Shown here: piece after piece, positions 35,850 to 46,547 of the stretch
How the letters are laid out: each line of letters starts with the position of its first letter
Numbering within the stretch: the first letter of the stretch is position 1
NCBI GenBank assembly: GCA_029261055.1
Contig: JAJDCA010000065.1
Coordinates: 9,581 to 73,580, forward strand
DNA from: Candidatus Omnitrophota bacterium
Lineage (GTDB): Bacteria > Omnitrophota > Gorgyraeia > Zapsychrales > Zapsychraceae
Reading direction: 5' to 3'
Length of the DNA stretch: 64,000 bases
Notes under the pieces: model-generated
The model's database searches: none
What the model was told of the DNA's origin: nothing
Seen by the model: the letters and a program-made list of their open reading frames with translations, nothing else
Position numbers and translations under genes: made by a program

Positions 35850-37081
35850 TTAAAAACGTCTTTCACTTTTTCAATCGCCTTGACCAAGGCATCTAATTCT
35901 TCTTTTGTATTGTAAAATGTTAATGAAGCACGTGACGTTGCAGGAACTTTGAAATGCTTCATGACCGGTTGTGTACAATGATGTCCTGTACGAATAGCCA
36001 CCCCTTCGTCGCTAACAATAGTTCCAATGTCATGCGGATGAATTCCTTCCAAGACAAAAGATAACACGGAAGTTTTTTCTTTAGCGGTCCCAATAAGCCT
36101 AAGCCCAGGGACAGCCTGAAGAACCTGTGTTCCGTAATCCAAAAGATCTTTTTTGTATTCACCGATGGCATCAAACCCGATGGATTTTACATAATCCACC
36201 GCTGCGCCCAATCCAATCACTCCGGCCACATGCGGCGTGCCAGCTTCAAATTTGTACGGCAACACATTGTATGTCGTTTTCTCAAATGTCACCGAAGCAA
36301 TCATATCGCCCCCGCCTTGAACAGGTGGCATTTTTTCTAACAAATCTGTTTTACCATACAACACACCAATTCCCGTCGGGCCAAATAATTTGTGACCGGA
36401 AAATGCTAAGAAATCACAATCCAACGCCTGCACATCAATAGGGGCATGGCTAATAGATTGGGCGGCATCCACCAAAACAGGCACATCATATTGACGGGCC
36501 GCCTTGATAATTTTTGCAATAGGATTAATCGTGCCTAACGAATTTGAGATATGTACCACAGAAACAAATTTTGTTTTAGGCCCCAGCACCTTTTCAAATT
36601 CTTCCCAAATCAATTCAGCGTCTTCATTAAAAGGAACAACCTTTAGCGCACATCCTTTTTCTTCACACAACATTTGCCAAGGAACAATATTGGAATGATG
36701 TTCCATTTCCGTAATAATAATTTCATCGCCTTCTTTTAAAAAGGCCCGACCATAACTTTGAACCACCAAATTAATCGATTCGGTTGTGCCGCGGGTAAAT
36801 ATGATTTCCGACGGATGCTTTGCATGAATAAAATTCTGAACCTTACGACGAGCGCCCTCAAAATCTTCCGTAGCTTTTTCACTCAAATAATGCACCCCAC
36901 GATGCACGTTGGACGCCCCTTGACTGTAATGCTGTTCCACTGCATCCACCACACATTGAGGTTTAAAGGTCGTGGCCGCATTATCCAAATACACCAAGGG
37001 TTTGCCATGAACGGTTACATCTAAGTTTGGAAAATCTTTGCGTATTTTTTTAATATCAAGCATGGGCGTTGTCGTTATCAT
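35846..37081 (-). CDS. sufS: cysteine desulfurase SufS
   Basis: 411 aa class-V aminotransferase with SGHKLFGPTGIGVLYGK (PLP lysine) and catalytic RTGHHCTQP. Confidence 0.9.
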   Translation of the reverse strand: MITTTPMLDIKKIRKDFPNLDVTVHGKPLVYLDNAATTFKPQCVVDAVEQHYSQGASNVHRGVHYLSEKATEDFEGARRKVQNFIHAKHPSEIIFTRGTTESINLVVQSYGRAFLKEGDEIIITEMEHHSNIVPWQMLCEEKGCALKVVPFNEDAELIWEEFEKVLGPKTKFVSVVHISNSLGTINPIAKIIKAARQYDVPVLVDAAQSISHAPIDVQALDCDFLAFSGHKLFGPTGIGVLYGKTDLLEKMPPVQGGGDMIASVTFEKTTYNVLPYKFEAGTPHVAGVIGLGAAVDYVKSIGFDAIGEYKKDLLDYGTQVLQAVPGLRLIGTAKEKTSVLSFVLEGIHPHDIGTIVSDEGVAIRTGHHCTQPVMKHFKVPATSRASLTFYNTKEELDALVKAIEKVKDVFK

Positions 37082-37127
37082 AAATCATAACTTCCTTTGG
37101 AATTTCTTTAAAGCTAGAAATTCCTAA

Positions 37128-38384
37128 TTAACTCTTTGTACAAAAAGCCGGTTGAAGCAAGCTGTTTAATTTTTGATGCACATGATCATTTTTAATCATA
37201 TCCAAAACATCTTCCACAAAAGCACGGTACAACATCTTAACCGCATCTCGTTGGGAAACACCGCGTGTCTGCATGTAAAACATTTCGTCTTTATTCAGCT
37301 GTCCAATAGTAGCTCCATGAGTACACTTAACGTCGTCGGCAAAAATTTCTAACTGTGGTTTGGTATCCACCCGACAACCATCTCCCAAAAGAAGATTTTT
37401 ATTCAACTGATATGAATTTGTCTTTTGAGCTGGCGGCCGCACAAAAATCTTTCCATTAAATACCGCTCGCGCTGAATCATTAAGAACCCCTTTGTACAAT
37501 TGATGACTCCCACAATTGGCTACTTTATGTTCAACAGACGTATGATTATCCACATGCTGATCTTCCCAAGCCGTGTACAAACCATTAATGATGGTTTCCG
37601 CCCCTTCGCCATTTACAATAGCATCTAAATCATTACGTACAATTTTACCGCCGGCACTCAATGAAAACCCATCGAAACAACTATTCCCTTCCTGAAAAAC
37701 CCGTGTTTGCCCGACGTGAAATGCCTGAAGACTTTCTTTCACAGCCTTAATGTATTGCAACCGTGCATTTTCTTGAAGATAAATATCTGTTTGGGCGCAT
37801 GAAAAATAAATATTCTTATCATTAAAACAGACATGTGTTTCTAAAACATTAGCTTCGCTGGACTTACCTAAAAGTACACACGTACGTGGTGCGGTTAATA
37901 AATTTTCTTCCGTAAGACTCGTCACATGAACGATATGAATCAATGTCTTTGAAATCGCATTATCGTTGACCTCAATAAACACCCCATCTTCAGCTAAATC
38001 TTTATTGACCGAAGTAAACGGAGTGGCCTTGGGCCACGCACATTTTTCTTCAAACTTTTGCAAACAGGATGAATCCTGTGCAAGAGCGTCTTTGATCGTT
38101 AATAATTTTACACCTTCGGGCATTTTCTCTAAATTTGAAAATTTCGAAGAAAACACACCATTCACAAAAACCAAATTAATATCTTGCGACTCACAATATT
38201 CCCTCAAAACTTCCTCTTCATGCATAACTTGAGGGACATCAGTGACGTACGTATATTTTCTTATGGCCGAAAGATTTGTGTATTTCCAATCTTCTTGTTT
38301 TATGCTCGGAAAACCCGATTGCTCACAACCTTCACTGAAATTTAAATTGTCATTTATTTTTGTTATCATTTTGCTATCAACCAA
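37128..38384 (-). CDS. sufD: Fe-S cluster assembly protein SufD
   Basis: 418 aa SufB/SufD-family beta-helix protein lacking the SufB Cys motifs. It sits between sufC and sufS. Confidence 0.8.
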   Translation of the reverse strand: MVDSKMITKINDNLNFSEGCEQSGFPSIKQEDWKYTNLSAIRKYTYVTDVPQVMHEEEVLREYCESQDINLVFVNGVFSSKFSNLEKMPEGVKLLTIKDALAQDSSCLQKFEEKCAWPKATPFTSVNKDLAEDGVFIEVNDNAISKTLIHIVHVTSLTEENLLTAPRTCVLLGKSSEANVLETHVCFNDKNIYFSCAQTDIYLQENARLQYIKAVKESLQAFHVGQTRVFQEGNSCFDGFSLSAGGKIVRNDLDAIVNGEGAETIINGLYTAWEDQHVDNHTSVEHKVANCGSHQLYKGVLNDSARAVFNGKIFVRPPAQKTNSYQLNKNLLLGDGCRVDTKPQLEIFADDVKCTHGATIGQLNKDEMFYMQTRGVSQRDAVKMLYRAFVEDVLDMIKNDHVHQKLNSLLQPAFCTKS

Positions 38385-39121
38385 TCGTAACCTTTTTCTT
38401 CAACTTCTAAGGCTAAACTCTTATCACTGGATTTAATAATTCTCCCATCGTACAAAATATGAACAACATCCGGGACAATGTAATTGAGAAGCCGTTGGTA
38501 ATGAGTAATCACAAGCGAAGCATTTTCTTTCGTCTTAAGTTTGTTTACCCCGTCAGCCACAATACGCATGGAATCGATATCCAAACCGGAATCTGTTTCA
38601 TCAAGAACAGACATCTTAGGATTAAGGATGGCCATCTGAAGAATTTCATTCCGCTTTTTCTCTCCACCGGAGAAATCAACATTAACCGCACGATTAATAT
38701 ATTTATCATCCATTTCTAAAATTTTCATTTTAGAACGCAAATATTCATCAAAATCCAGAGGATCCATTTCCGATATTCCCTGTTGTTTACAGACTTCATT
38801 GAATGCGGCCCTTAAAAACGTCGCCATATTCACACCTGGAATCTCCACAGGGTATTGAAAGGCCAAAAACAACCCAATACGAGCGCGCTCTTCCGGTTCC
38901 ATCTCTAAAATATTTCTTTTCTTAAAATCAATCTCATAAATGATTTCCCCAGTCGTCACTTCATAGTCCGGATGACCGGCAATCACTTTCGATAAAGTAC
39001 TTTTGCCAGAACCATTTGGTCCCATAATCGCATGCACTTCACCTGCATTTATTTTTAGATCAATCCCTTTTAAAATTGGTATTCCGTCGATACCGGCATG
39101 TAAATTATTTATTTCTAGCAT
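38366..39121 (-). CDS. sufC: Fe-S cluster assembly ATPase SufC
   Basis: Walker A GPNGSGKST, FSGGEKKRNEILQ and Walker B LDETDSGLD. Confidence 0.9.
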   Translation of the reverse strand: MLEINNLHAGIDGIPILKGIDLKINAGEVHAIMGPNGSGKSTLSKVIAGHPDYEVTTGEIIYEIDFKKRNILEMEPEERARIGLFLAFQYPVEIPGVNMATFLRAAFNEVCKQQGISEMDPLDFDEYLRSKMKILEMDDKYINRAVNVDFSGGEKKRNEILQMAILNPKMSVLDETDSGLDIDSMRIVADGVNKLKTKENASLVITHYQRLLNYIVPDVVHILYDGRIIKSSDKSLALEVEEKGYDWLIAK

Positions 39122-40617
39122 TATCCAACACTCCCTTCTAATTTCATTTCCAAAAGCCTCACTGCCTCGACGGCAAATTCCATGGGAAGCTCCTTAAAAA
39201 CTTCTTTACAAAATCCATTAATAATCAATGAAATCGCGCCTTCCATATCTAGACCACGCGACATCAGATAAAAAATTTGTTCAGCATTAATTTTTGAAGT
39301 CGATGCCTCATGCTCTAATGTGGCTGTTCTATTATTGACTTCAATGTACGGAAACGTATTCGCGCTACAATTATTACCCACTAACATTGAATCACATTGA
39401 GAATAATTCCGTGCGCCATCAGCAGAAGGAAGAATTTTGACCATCCCGCGGTAACTATTATTAGAATAATCCGTCGAGATACCTTTGGAAATAATCGTAC
39501 TGCTGGTATTCTTTCCAATATGGATCATCTTGGTCCCTGTGTCCGCTTCCATACGATGATTCGTGAGGGCTACAGAATAGAATTCACCTATGGAATTATC
39601 CCCTTTTAAAATCACACTGGGATACTTCCACGTAATCGCTGCACCAGCCTCAACCTGCGTCCAGGAAATCTTAGAACTTACACCGGCACATTTACCCCGC
39701 TTAGTCACAAAATTGTAAATACCGCCTTTACCGTCTTTATCACCGGCATACCAATTTTGAACGGTAGAATATTTTACCTCTGCTCGATCCAAAGCCACAA
39801 TTTCAACCACCGCGGCATGCAATTGATTCTCATCACGCATCGGTGCTGTACACCCTTCCAAATAACTCACATAACTATCATCTTCCGCTACAATCAATGT
39901 CCGCTCAAACTGACCGGACTCGGCGGCATTAATACGAAAATACGTCGACAATTCCAAAGGACTTCTCACTCCTTTAGGAATGTAACAAAAAGAACCGTCG
40001 CTAAAAACCGCCGCATTCAATGCCGCAAAATAATTATCTCCATAAGGAACCACAGAACCCAAATATTTTTTCACCAAATCCGGGTGATTTTTAATCGCTT
40101 CAGAAATAGAACAAAAAATAATCCCGACTTTCGCTAATTCATCTTTATGTGTTGTCCCGACGGATACACTGTCAAAAACCGCATCCACGGCCACACCGGA
40201 AAGACGCTTTTGTTCTGTCAAAGGAATGCCTAATTTATCAAAGGTCTTAACCAACTCCGGATCAACCTCATCCATACTTTTAGGGCCATCTTTTTTGACC
40301 TTCGGCGCATTGTAATAGCTGATTGCCTGATAATCGATCGGGCCATATTCAAAATTTGGCCAATGAGGTTCTTTCAATGTTTGCCAATGCCGAAATGCCT
40401 TAAGCCGCCAATTTAACATCCATTCCGGCTCTTGTTTCTTCTCAGAAATAAGTCTTACCGTATCTTCATTGAGGCCTTTGGCAATACGGTCCGTTTCGAC
40501 ATCCGACACAAAACCGTATTTATATTCCCGGCTGGATAGCGTATTTTCTTCAATGGTTTTCTCGTTTAATAATTTTTCTTCAACTGTTTTAGACATATCT
40601 TTATCTTTCTTCGTCAT
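39121..40617 (-). CDS. sufB: Fe-S cluster assembly protein SufB
   Basis: 498 aa, colinear with SufB, with conserved Cys residues in the N-terminal region. Confidence 0.9.
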   Translation of the reverse strand: MTKKDKDMSKTVEEKLLNEKTIEENTLSSREYKYGFVSDVETDRIAKGLNEDTVRLISEKKQEPEWMLNWRLKAFRHWQTLKEPHWPNFEYGPIDYQAISYYNAPKVKKDGPKSMDEVDPELVKTFDKLGIPLTEQKRLSGVAVDAVFDSVSVGTTHKDELAKVGIIFCSISEAIKNHPDLVKKYLGSVVPYGDNYFAALNAAVFSDGSFCYIPKGVRSPLELSTYFRINAAESGQFERTLIVAEDDSYVSYLEGCTAPMRDENQLHAAVVEIVALDRAEVKYSTVQNWYAGDKDGKGGIYNFVTKRGKCAGVSSKISWTQVEAGAAITWKYPSVILKGDNSIGEFYSVALTNHRMEADTGTKMIHIGKNTSSTIISKGISTDYSNNSYRGMVKILPSADGARNYSQCDSMLVGNNCSANTFPYIEVNNRTATLEHEASTSKINAEQIFYLMSRGLDMEGAISLIINGFCKEVFKELPMEFAVEAVRLLEMKLEGSVG

Positions 40618-41081
40618 TTTACGGCAGCCGATTCTTTGGCTTGCTTTTTACGAATGCCCTTTTCCCCTTGATGTTTAGCTGCAATCAAGTCGGTCACCGT
40701 AATTGTGTGAAACAAAGAATTAATACGTTCATTTAAATTCAGCATCGGGGCAATAATATGACAATTCGTCGATATTTCACAATGCGAATAATCTCCATGA
40801 AAACAATTTACAATCTCAATTGGCCCGATGAGCATATCCGAAAGCTCTTTCATCGTCACCTTTTCCAAACTCTTAACAATCTGGTACCCTCCATGAGCGC
40901 CTTGTTCAGCTTGTAATATTCCGTGCTGCGTCATAATTTGTAAAACACGCGAAGTCGGATCAAAAGGCGTTTGATAAATATCACAAATTTCCTTGGCCGA
41001 AGTCAATTGCCCCGGTATCTTTGCGCTCATATGTTTGAGAGCAATTAATGCATATTCGATTTTTCGATTAACCTTAAACAT
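40614..41081 (-). CDS. Rrf2-family transcriptional regulator (IscR/SufR-like)
   Basis: An N-terminal winged HTH ([13 protein letters not shown]...[24 protein letters not shown]). Cys and His residues downstream are candidate cluster ligands. Confidence 0.8.
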   Translation of the reverse strand: MFKVNRKIEYALIALKHMSAKIPGQLTSAKEICDIYQTPFDPTSRVLQIMTQHGILQAEQGAHGGYQIVKSLEKVTMKELSDMLIGPIEIVNCFHGDYSHCEISTNCHIIAPMLNLNERINSLFHTITVTDLIAAKHQGEKGIRKKQAKESAAVK

Positions 41082-41082
41082 A

Positions 41083-41439
41083 CTACTCCTTTAACTCAAC
41101 AGGTATTTCATTAATCTTAGCCGCAACAATAAAATCATTCTTAGATAAACCACCGATAGCATGCGTACTCAAATCAATACGCAAGCGTCGGTATCCTTCC
41201 AGATGAATATCCGGATGATGGTTTTCTGATGCCGCAATTTTGGCAATTTGATTAACACAATTTACCGCAGTCACAAAATCTTTCATAAAATACGTACGCG
41301 AAATCATTTTTGCCTGTTCATCTATTTGCCATCCGGGGACATTGCGGAGAAATTCCTCAACCTCTGTTGAACTTAAAGGTTGTGTCGTCCCCTCACAGGG
41401 CTCACACTTATGCTGGCTTAATGAACTGACCTTGCTCAT
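41083..41439 (-). CDS. pterin-4a-carbinolamine dehydratase (PCD/DCoH family)
   Basis: 118 aa with the catalytic HHPD motif (ENHHPDIHLEGYRRLRIDLSTH). Confidence 0.75.
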   Translation of the reverse strand: MSKVSSLSQHKCEPCEGTTQPLSSTEVEEFLRNVPGWQIDEQAKMISRTYFMKDFVTAVNCVNQIAKIAASENHHPDIHLEGYRRLRIDLSTHAIGGLSKNDFIVAAKINEIPVELKE

Positions 41440-41455
41440 AACTCTCTCCCCTAGC

Positions 41456-42031
41456 CTATTCTGGAATAGGATCTCCTAATTCCACCGTGACATCCGGATT
41501 AAACTGCTCTTTTAAAATATTCTCAATCGCGTACATCGTGCCCATCGTCGAACTTGGACAAGTTCCACAGGCGCCTTGGTAAAAAATCTTCACCTTATTA
41601 TCCTGATATTCCAATACCTGCACATCTCCACCGTCCATCTGAAGGGCCGGACGGATCGTCTGATCCAACACGGTATTAATCTTGTCTAAATCCGGGCTGG
41701 ACGCAACCGCAGGTTTCTTGGCTTGATCCGTAACAGGAAGGGTAAAATCCGGATTATGTGCGTCGATTTTGTCTAAAATAACAGCCCGGGTATTTTGTTC
41801 CAGTTCATCCCAATCACCGCTACCATCCTGCGTAACTGTAATGTAATTGTCAAAAAAATACACCTCACTCACAAAGGCCCCAATCTCAAATACCGCCTTC
41901 GCCAAAGCATTTTCCTCACATTCCTCCGCTGACTTGTAAGTAACATTCCCTTCTGTCTTAACCGATTTATTTAAGACAAATTTCAACGCATTTGGGTTGG
42001 GTGTACTCTGAATCATTAATTGTGTATCCAT
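41456..42031 (-). CDS. NFU1-like Fe-S scaffold (Nfu_N domain plus a C-terminal NifU CxxC domain)
   Basis: An N-terminal PNPNALKF Nfu_N motif and a C-terminal GACGTCPSS motif. Confidence 0.75.
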   Translation of the reverse strand: MDTQLMIQSTPNPNALKFVLNKSVKTEGNVTYKSAEECEENALAKAVFEIGAFVSEVYFFDNYITVTQDGSGDWDELEQNTRAVILDKIDAHNPDFTLPVTDQAKKPAVASSPDLDKINTVLDQTIRPALQMDGGDVQVLEYQDNKVKIFYQGACGTCPSSTMGTMYAIENILKEQFNPDVTVELGDPIPE

Positions 42032-42142
42032 ATTATTTCTCCTCTTAAAACGTTATCACAATAAGTCTCTCTACTTCAAGTATACTACACAAAGCTTAAT
42101 AAATGTCAACAAATACTTCATAAAATAACTTATTTAAAAACC

Positions 42143-42595
42143 TTAATCTAAAAAGGCTGCGAGAGATTTACGGAAAAGCTTGAGACCATCACCGGGAACA
42201 ACAATAGGAAAAGAAACTAAATTTTTAATACCTGTTTTCATAAAATCCCTGGTATTCCATGTGACAAAAGCATCACTATTAGAAAGGTGGGCTGAACATA
42301 AAATAGCAGCATCTGCGAAAGGAAGAATTTTCTTAAAACGCTTTACTTGTGCCTGCGTTGGTTCGGAAGCAATTTCAGGTGCAATATTTTTCCAAAGCTT
42401 ACGACTTTCTTCAACAATATCAGGAAACTTACGACTTAAAACATTATCAGACTCAATAATCACTCTTTCAGAAACAACCATTTGAATACTGCCGTATTCT
42501 GCTAGTTGAATTAATTCTCCTGCTGCTCCTTTGGGTGACAATAAAGCCGCAACATACACGCTTGTATCAAAAAACATTCGGTATCGAGCAACCAT
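42143..42595 (-). CDS. PIN-domain protein (VapC-type toxin candidate)
   Basis: Conserved acidic residues appear in the FFDTSVYVAAL, SERVIIE, FADAAIL and WNTRDF contexts. It is paired with the upstream antitoxin-like gene. Confidence 0.65.
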   Translation of the reverse strand: MVARYRMFFDTSVYVAALLSPKGAAGELIQLAEYGSIQMVVSERVIIESDNVLSRKFPDIVEESRKLWKNIAPEIASEPTQAQVKRFKKILPFADAAILCSAHLSNSDAFVTWNTRDFMKTGIKNLVSFPIVVPGDGLKLFRKSLAAFLD

Positions 42596-42599
42596 AAAA

Positions 42600-42836
42600 T
42601 TATTGCTTTCGAATTTCTTTTAGATCTTTTAGAAGACTCTTCAAACTAATAGAATCTTTTTGAGCTTGTTTGGAAAATTTACCCGAAACCGACTCAAATA
42701 AGGATTTTTTTGATGTCAAAATAATAGAGTCCCCGACTTTAGCAACAGACAGCACAGAATCTTTTGAAATATGCAATGCCTCCCGAATACTCGAGGGAAT
42801 TGTAATTTGTCCTTTATCACGAACGCGCGTTAGCAT
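42600..42836 (-). CDS. AbrB/SpoVT-fold antitoxin-like protein
   Basis: 78 aa with ITIPSSIREALHI...GDSIILT swapped-hairpin motifs. It lies 4 nt upstream of the PIN gene. Confidence 0.6.
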   Translation of the reverse strand: MLTRVRDKGQITIPSSIREALHISKDSVLSVAKVGDSIILTSKKSLFESVSGKFSKQAQKDSISLKSLLKDLKEIRKQ

Positions 42837-42919
42837 AAAAACCCTCCTTTTCCTATTTTCCTACTATTTCCTATTTTCCAACTTAATAATAACATGAAAA
42901 TACAGTTGTTGCAAATTTT

Positions 42920-44740
42920 TCATTTCATAACACAGCTTGTGTTAAACGTTTTCATCATGAGTTCTGTAGTTTCCGGCTGATCTTTCAAATATTGAATGAT
43001 GGCATTCACTCCTACCCGACGGTGATAAACCCCCATGCTTTCATTATTTTGTGCATTGGTTTTGTAATATTTAAACAGGGCATCGATGACTATCGGCACT
43101 TTGTCGCGTTCCACCGATCGTAAATACATTAACTGACCATCGGTAGAAATAAGCGGTTGGCCCTGGTGACGACCGGATTCATCACCCATCAACTTAAACT
43201 GGTAGCGATTGAGGCCTGAACCGACGAGTCCGATAGTCTTGGTGGCTGGACGGAAACATTGTCGTTCACAGCCTGTGACACCGATAGATTCTGCCATGTC
43301 GCCCCAACCCATTTTCTCAAGCTCATCCATTAGGTAGGGCTCATATTTTTCTGAATCTGTGTATGCCAGCCGGCAAGTATCCCGCCCCACACACGCTCCA
43401 GAAGACAAACGCAAGGCCGAATAATCTTTACCATTTCTCTGGCCATATCCAAAATTTTTGACATCCGCTTCAAACACATCCTTAACATCAGCAGGAATAT
43501 TTGTAAAAAGAATATCTTGATTCGGTGTAACCATAAGCTCAACCGAATATTTTTTCATCATTGCACGAATCATCGTCTTTAGCTGACCGTTGGGACTATT
43601 ATCCGTGATACGGCCATTTTCAATAAAAACGCCGTACACCCAAAGGCCATTACTTAGCTGAACATGCCATCCAAAATGCAGGTGACGTTGTCCATAATCG
43701 TGATTTAATTCTGGCTGCCCCAGCTCAAAACCTACAATCTCTTGAACCTGTTCACGACACCACTCAATACCCTTACTTTTTATCAAATATTTAAATCGCG
43801 CCCAATGACGATTCTGTCGATCACCCCACCCCTGTTGCACCTGGACAACCGCATCCAAAATTTTCAAAATCTGCTCTTCAGACACCATGGCCAACGGTTG
43901 ACCTAACGTAGCCATAGCGGGCTTACCGTTGCGCTCCCCTTGTCCTCCACCGACATAAATTTGAAACCACTCAACTTTATCATTTTCAATAACAGGGGCG
44001 ACAGACAAATCATGCGTTAAAAGTTCAACACAATTATCCGGTATTAATTTACCGGTTTGCGGATCACGATGAACACTTGAAAAAGCGATCTTAAATTTTC
44101 GGTTCAATAAATTCGGCCCATATGAAAAAGACTCCTCTGGCTTACGCACATGATTTGGATCAATCGCAAAAATTTGAATGTACGGTTCTACAGGAAGCTG
44201 AAAATAATCGGTCACCTTTTGTGCCCACGCATGCGTATTAAAAACATCAGAATGCCGGGACAAAGGACACGTCATCACGTTACGCGTATTGTCGCCGCAA
44301 CCATTGATACTGTAAAAACCGGCTTCCGCCAACGCTCTTACGATCTTAAGCACGTCTGGCTTTTGGACCCAATGAAACTGAATCGTCTGTCGCGTTGTCA
44401 AACGTAGCGATGAATGCCCTTGCGGATCAATAGCAAACTGTTCCGACAACTCATCAAAAACCAACCACTGCTCTCTGGTAATCGGTCCACCGCCAGGATT
44501 ACAAATACGCAACAAATACACCCACTCTTTTTCCGTACCTGTCGGAGCCCGATTAAATTCCAGATAAATACCGTACGATTTGGCCAATTGCTCCGATTCC
44601 CAGGCAATATCCGACTTTTGCAAATCCTGCCAATCCCCAGCCAAATTACCCCGAATCCCGTTGGAATTTAACTTATTTATTTCTTCCTTGCAATAATCTG
44701 CCTGAGGTGTTTTGAAATTAGGTGTGAATGGCTTTTTCAT
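42920..44740 (-). CDS. nitrite/sulfite reductase hemoprotein (siroheme-4Fe-4S, CysI/NirA-like)
   Basis: 606 aa with duplicated NiR/SiR ferredoxin-like halves and a cluster motif C-x5-C...C-x3-C (CVGRDTCRL...GCERQC). Confidence 0.8.
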   Translation of the reverse strand: MKKPFTPNFKTPQADYCKEEINKLNSNGIRGNLAGDWQDLQKSDIAWESEQLAKSYGIYLEFNRAPTGTEKEWVYLLRICNPGGGPITREQWLVFDELSEQFAIDPQGHSSLRLTTRQTIQFHWVQKPDVLKIVRALAEAGFYSINGCGDNTRNVMTCPLSRHSDVFNTHAWAQKVTDYFQLPVEPYIQIFAIDPNHVRKPEESFSYGPNLLNRKFKIAFSSVHRDPQTGKLIPDNCVELLTHDLSVAPVIENDKVEWFQIYVGGGQGERNGKPAMATLGQPLAMVSEEQILKILDAVVQVQQGWGDRQNRHWARFKYLIKSKGIEWCREQVQEIVGFELGQPELNHDYGQRHLHFGWHVQLSNGLWVYGVFIENGRITDNSPNGQLKTMIRAMMKKYSVELMVTPNQDILFTNIPADVKDVFEADVKNFGYGQRNGKDYSALRLSSGACVGRDTCRLAYTDSEKYEPYLMDELEKMGWGDMAESIGVTGCERQCFRPATKTIGLVGSGLNRYQFKLMGDESGRHQGQPLISTDGQLMYLRSVERDKVPIVIDALFKYYKTNAQNNESMGVYHRRVGVNAIIQYLKDQPETTELMMKTFNTSCVMK

Positions 44741-44815
44741 TTTTTTAATACCTTACTTTACATAAATTCGACATATGTATTACCCTTGCGCCATTCAAAT
44801 ATGTACTGCTCAACG

Positions 44816-46015
44816 TTAAACGTCAAGATATTTTTTAGCCACATACTCTGCAAAGGGAAAAGAGCAGGTAAAGGCGGGGGAAACGGCGTTGAGGATGTGG
44901 ATGCTGGTGGCATCGCCTTCGACTACAAAGTCTTGGACGAGTTTCATGTGTTTTTTGTCTAATAATTGGGCGCGAATGCCGGGCCTCGTAAATTCTGTAA
45001 ATCCTTGAGGATCAATATGCCGAACCATTTTTTGCGCCAGGCCGACAAAATAGGCCTTGCGGTATTTTTTCATTTCTTCAATAGCTAAATTGCGAAAGCC
45101 AAAGGCATTGGTTAAAAATAATTTGGCTTCTTGCCATACAATCTGCGTCAATTCGTCAACCTTAAAATTATCTAACCCCTCATAATTTTCCCGCCAAAAA
45201 GCCGGGATGGCGGTTGGGCCAATTTTAATATCCCCATGAACGGTCTTTGTAAAATGCACACCCAAAAAAGGATTTTTCAAATTTGGCACGGGATAAATAT
45301 TAATTTTCACATCTGTTTTATTTTTGGTATATTTCAAATACAAGCCTTTAAACGGAATGATCGTGTAACGCTGGCCAAAACCAAAATCATTGGCAATTTT
45401 TTCAGCATAAAGCCCGGAACAATTAATAATTTTATCCGCCTGAAAATCACCGGTCGTCGTTTGAATCCCGTGAGAGCCACATCGATGCAGATACTTTGAA
45501 TCAAATTGAAACGCTACCCCGGCCTGTATCAAATCTTCCTTCAGGGCGCGGCAGACTTCCACCGGATCCACACTAGCGGTGTCCGGAGAATAAAGGGCTT
45601 TTTTGTAAGTCTTAACATTAGGATCTATTTCACAAGCCTGAGCTTCGCTCATCATCTCTACATTCGACCCATTGCGTCGCCCACGCTTCTCCAATTCGTA
45701 CAGCCCAGCTAACTCTTCCTCATCATTCGCCACAACTAACTTACCGCAGGCATTCACCGAAATATTCTTTTCTTTACAATATTGTTTTAAAGCCTTGTTT
45801 CCCTCAACCGTAAACTGCGCCTTAAAACTATCCGCCGCGTAATAAAATCCGGCATGTAAAACACCACTATTACGCCCCGAAGCATGCGCCGCTTCTTTTT
45901 TTTCTTTATCAATAATCAAAATCTTTGCATTGGGCTGCGTCTTTTTGAGCTCACGCGCGATCGCCAAACCGATGATACCAGATCCAATAATGATGTATTG
46001 ATATTTAGAAGTCAT
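44816..46015 (-). CDS. lhgO: FAD-dependent L-2-hydroxyglutarate oxidase/dehydrogenase
   Basis: An N-terminal GxGxxG Rossmann motif (IIGSGIIGLAIA) with RNSGVLHAG. Confidence 0.8.
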   Translation of the reverse strand: MTSKYQYIIIGSGIIGLAIARELKKTQPNAKILIIDKEKKEAAHASGRNSGVLHAGFYYAADSFKAQFTVEGNKALKQYCKEKNISVNACGKLVVANDEEELAGLYELEKRGRRNGSNVEMMSEAQACEIDPNVKTYKKALYSPDTASVDPVEVCRALKEDLIQAGVAFQFDSKYLHRCGSHGIQTTTGDFQADKIINCSGLYAEKIANDFGFGQRYTIIPFKGLYLKYTKNKTDVKINIYPVPNLKNPFLGVHFTKTVHGDIKIGPTAIPAFWRENYEGLDNFKVDELTQIVWQEAKLFLTNAFGFRNLAIEEMKKYRKAYFVGLAQKMVRHIDPQGFTEFTRPGIRAQLLDKKHMKLVQDFVVEGDATSIHILNAVSPAFTCSFPFAEYVAKKYLDV

Positions 46016-46066
46016 TTTGCTATTATTGTTTTTTTAACAAACCTGTAACCATTGAAGGAGGTTTTT

Positions 46067-46291
46067 ATGAGTGACAATAATCACCCTTATGTTCAAGAAA
46101 TGGAACCCGGTAAATATGCCTGGTGTTCCTGTGGTAAATCACAAAACGAACCATTTTGTGACGGCGCCCACAAAGGGTCTGACTTAGCCCCTATCGTCGT
46201 TGAAATAACCGAAAAACAAAAAGTTGCCTGGTGCGGATGCAAAAAAAGTAAGAATGCGCCTTACTGCGATGGAAGCCATAGTCAACTTTAA
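46067..46291 (+). CDS. CDGSH iron-sulfur domain protein (two CDGSH motifs)
   Basis: CSCGKSQNEPFCDGAHK and CGCKKSKNAPYCDGSH. The start is at the ATG with RBS AAGGAGG; the ORF track uses an upstream TTG. Confidence 0.75.
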   Translation: MSDNNHPYVQEMEPGKYAWCSCGKSQNEPFCDGAHKGSDLAPIVVEITEKQKVAWCGCKKSKNAPYCDGSHSQL

Positions 46292-46293
46292 AA

Positions 46294-46542
46294 ATGTCCA
46301 AAAAAAAATTTCCACACGCTCAAAATGCCCCGTTTGTCCTGGAAATGAAACCCGGACGATATGCCTGGTGCTCCTGTGGCGAATCTCAAAAACAACCTTT
46401 TTGCGACGGTCGCCACGGGGAAACCGGCATGTACCCTGTCATTGAAGAAATCACTGAAACAAAAACCATTACCTGGTGCGGATGCAAATGTAGCGAAAAA
46501 GGCGCCTTTTGTGATGGATCGCATGTAAAAAGAGGTACGTGA
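46294..46542 (+). CDS. CDGSH iron-sulfur domain protein, tandem paralog
   Basis: CSCGESQKQPFCDGRHG and CGCKCSEKGAFCDGSH. It is about 50% identical to the upstream paralog. Confidence 0.75.
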   Translation: MSKKKFPHAQNAPFVLEMKPGRYAWCSCGESQKQPFCDGRHGETGMYPVIEEITETKTITWCGCKCSEKGAFCDGSHVKRGT

Positions 46543-46547
46543 TCCGT

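Noticed and set aside
44150-44671. Two 85-aa plus-strand ORFs and one 69-aa minus-strand ORF inside the sulfite/nitrite reductase gene
   Set aside because: They overlap a conserved 606-aa CDS with intact cluster motifs, and have no independent start signals.
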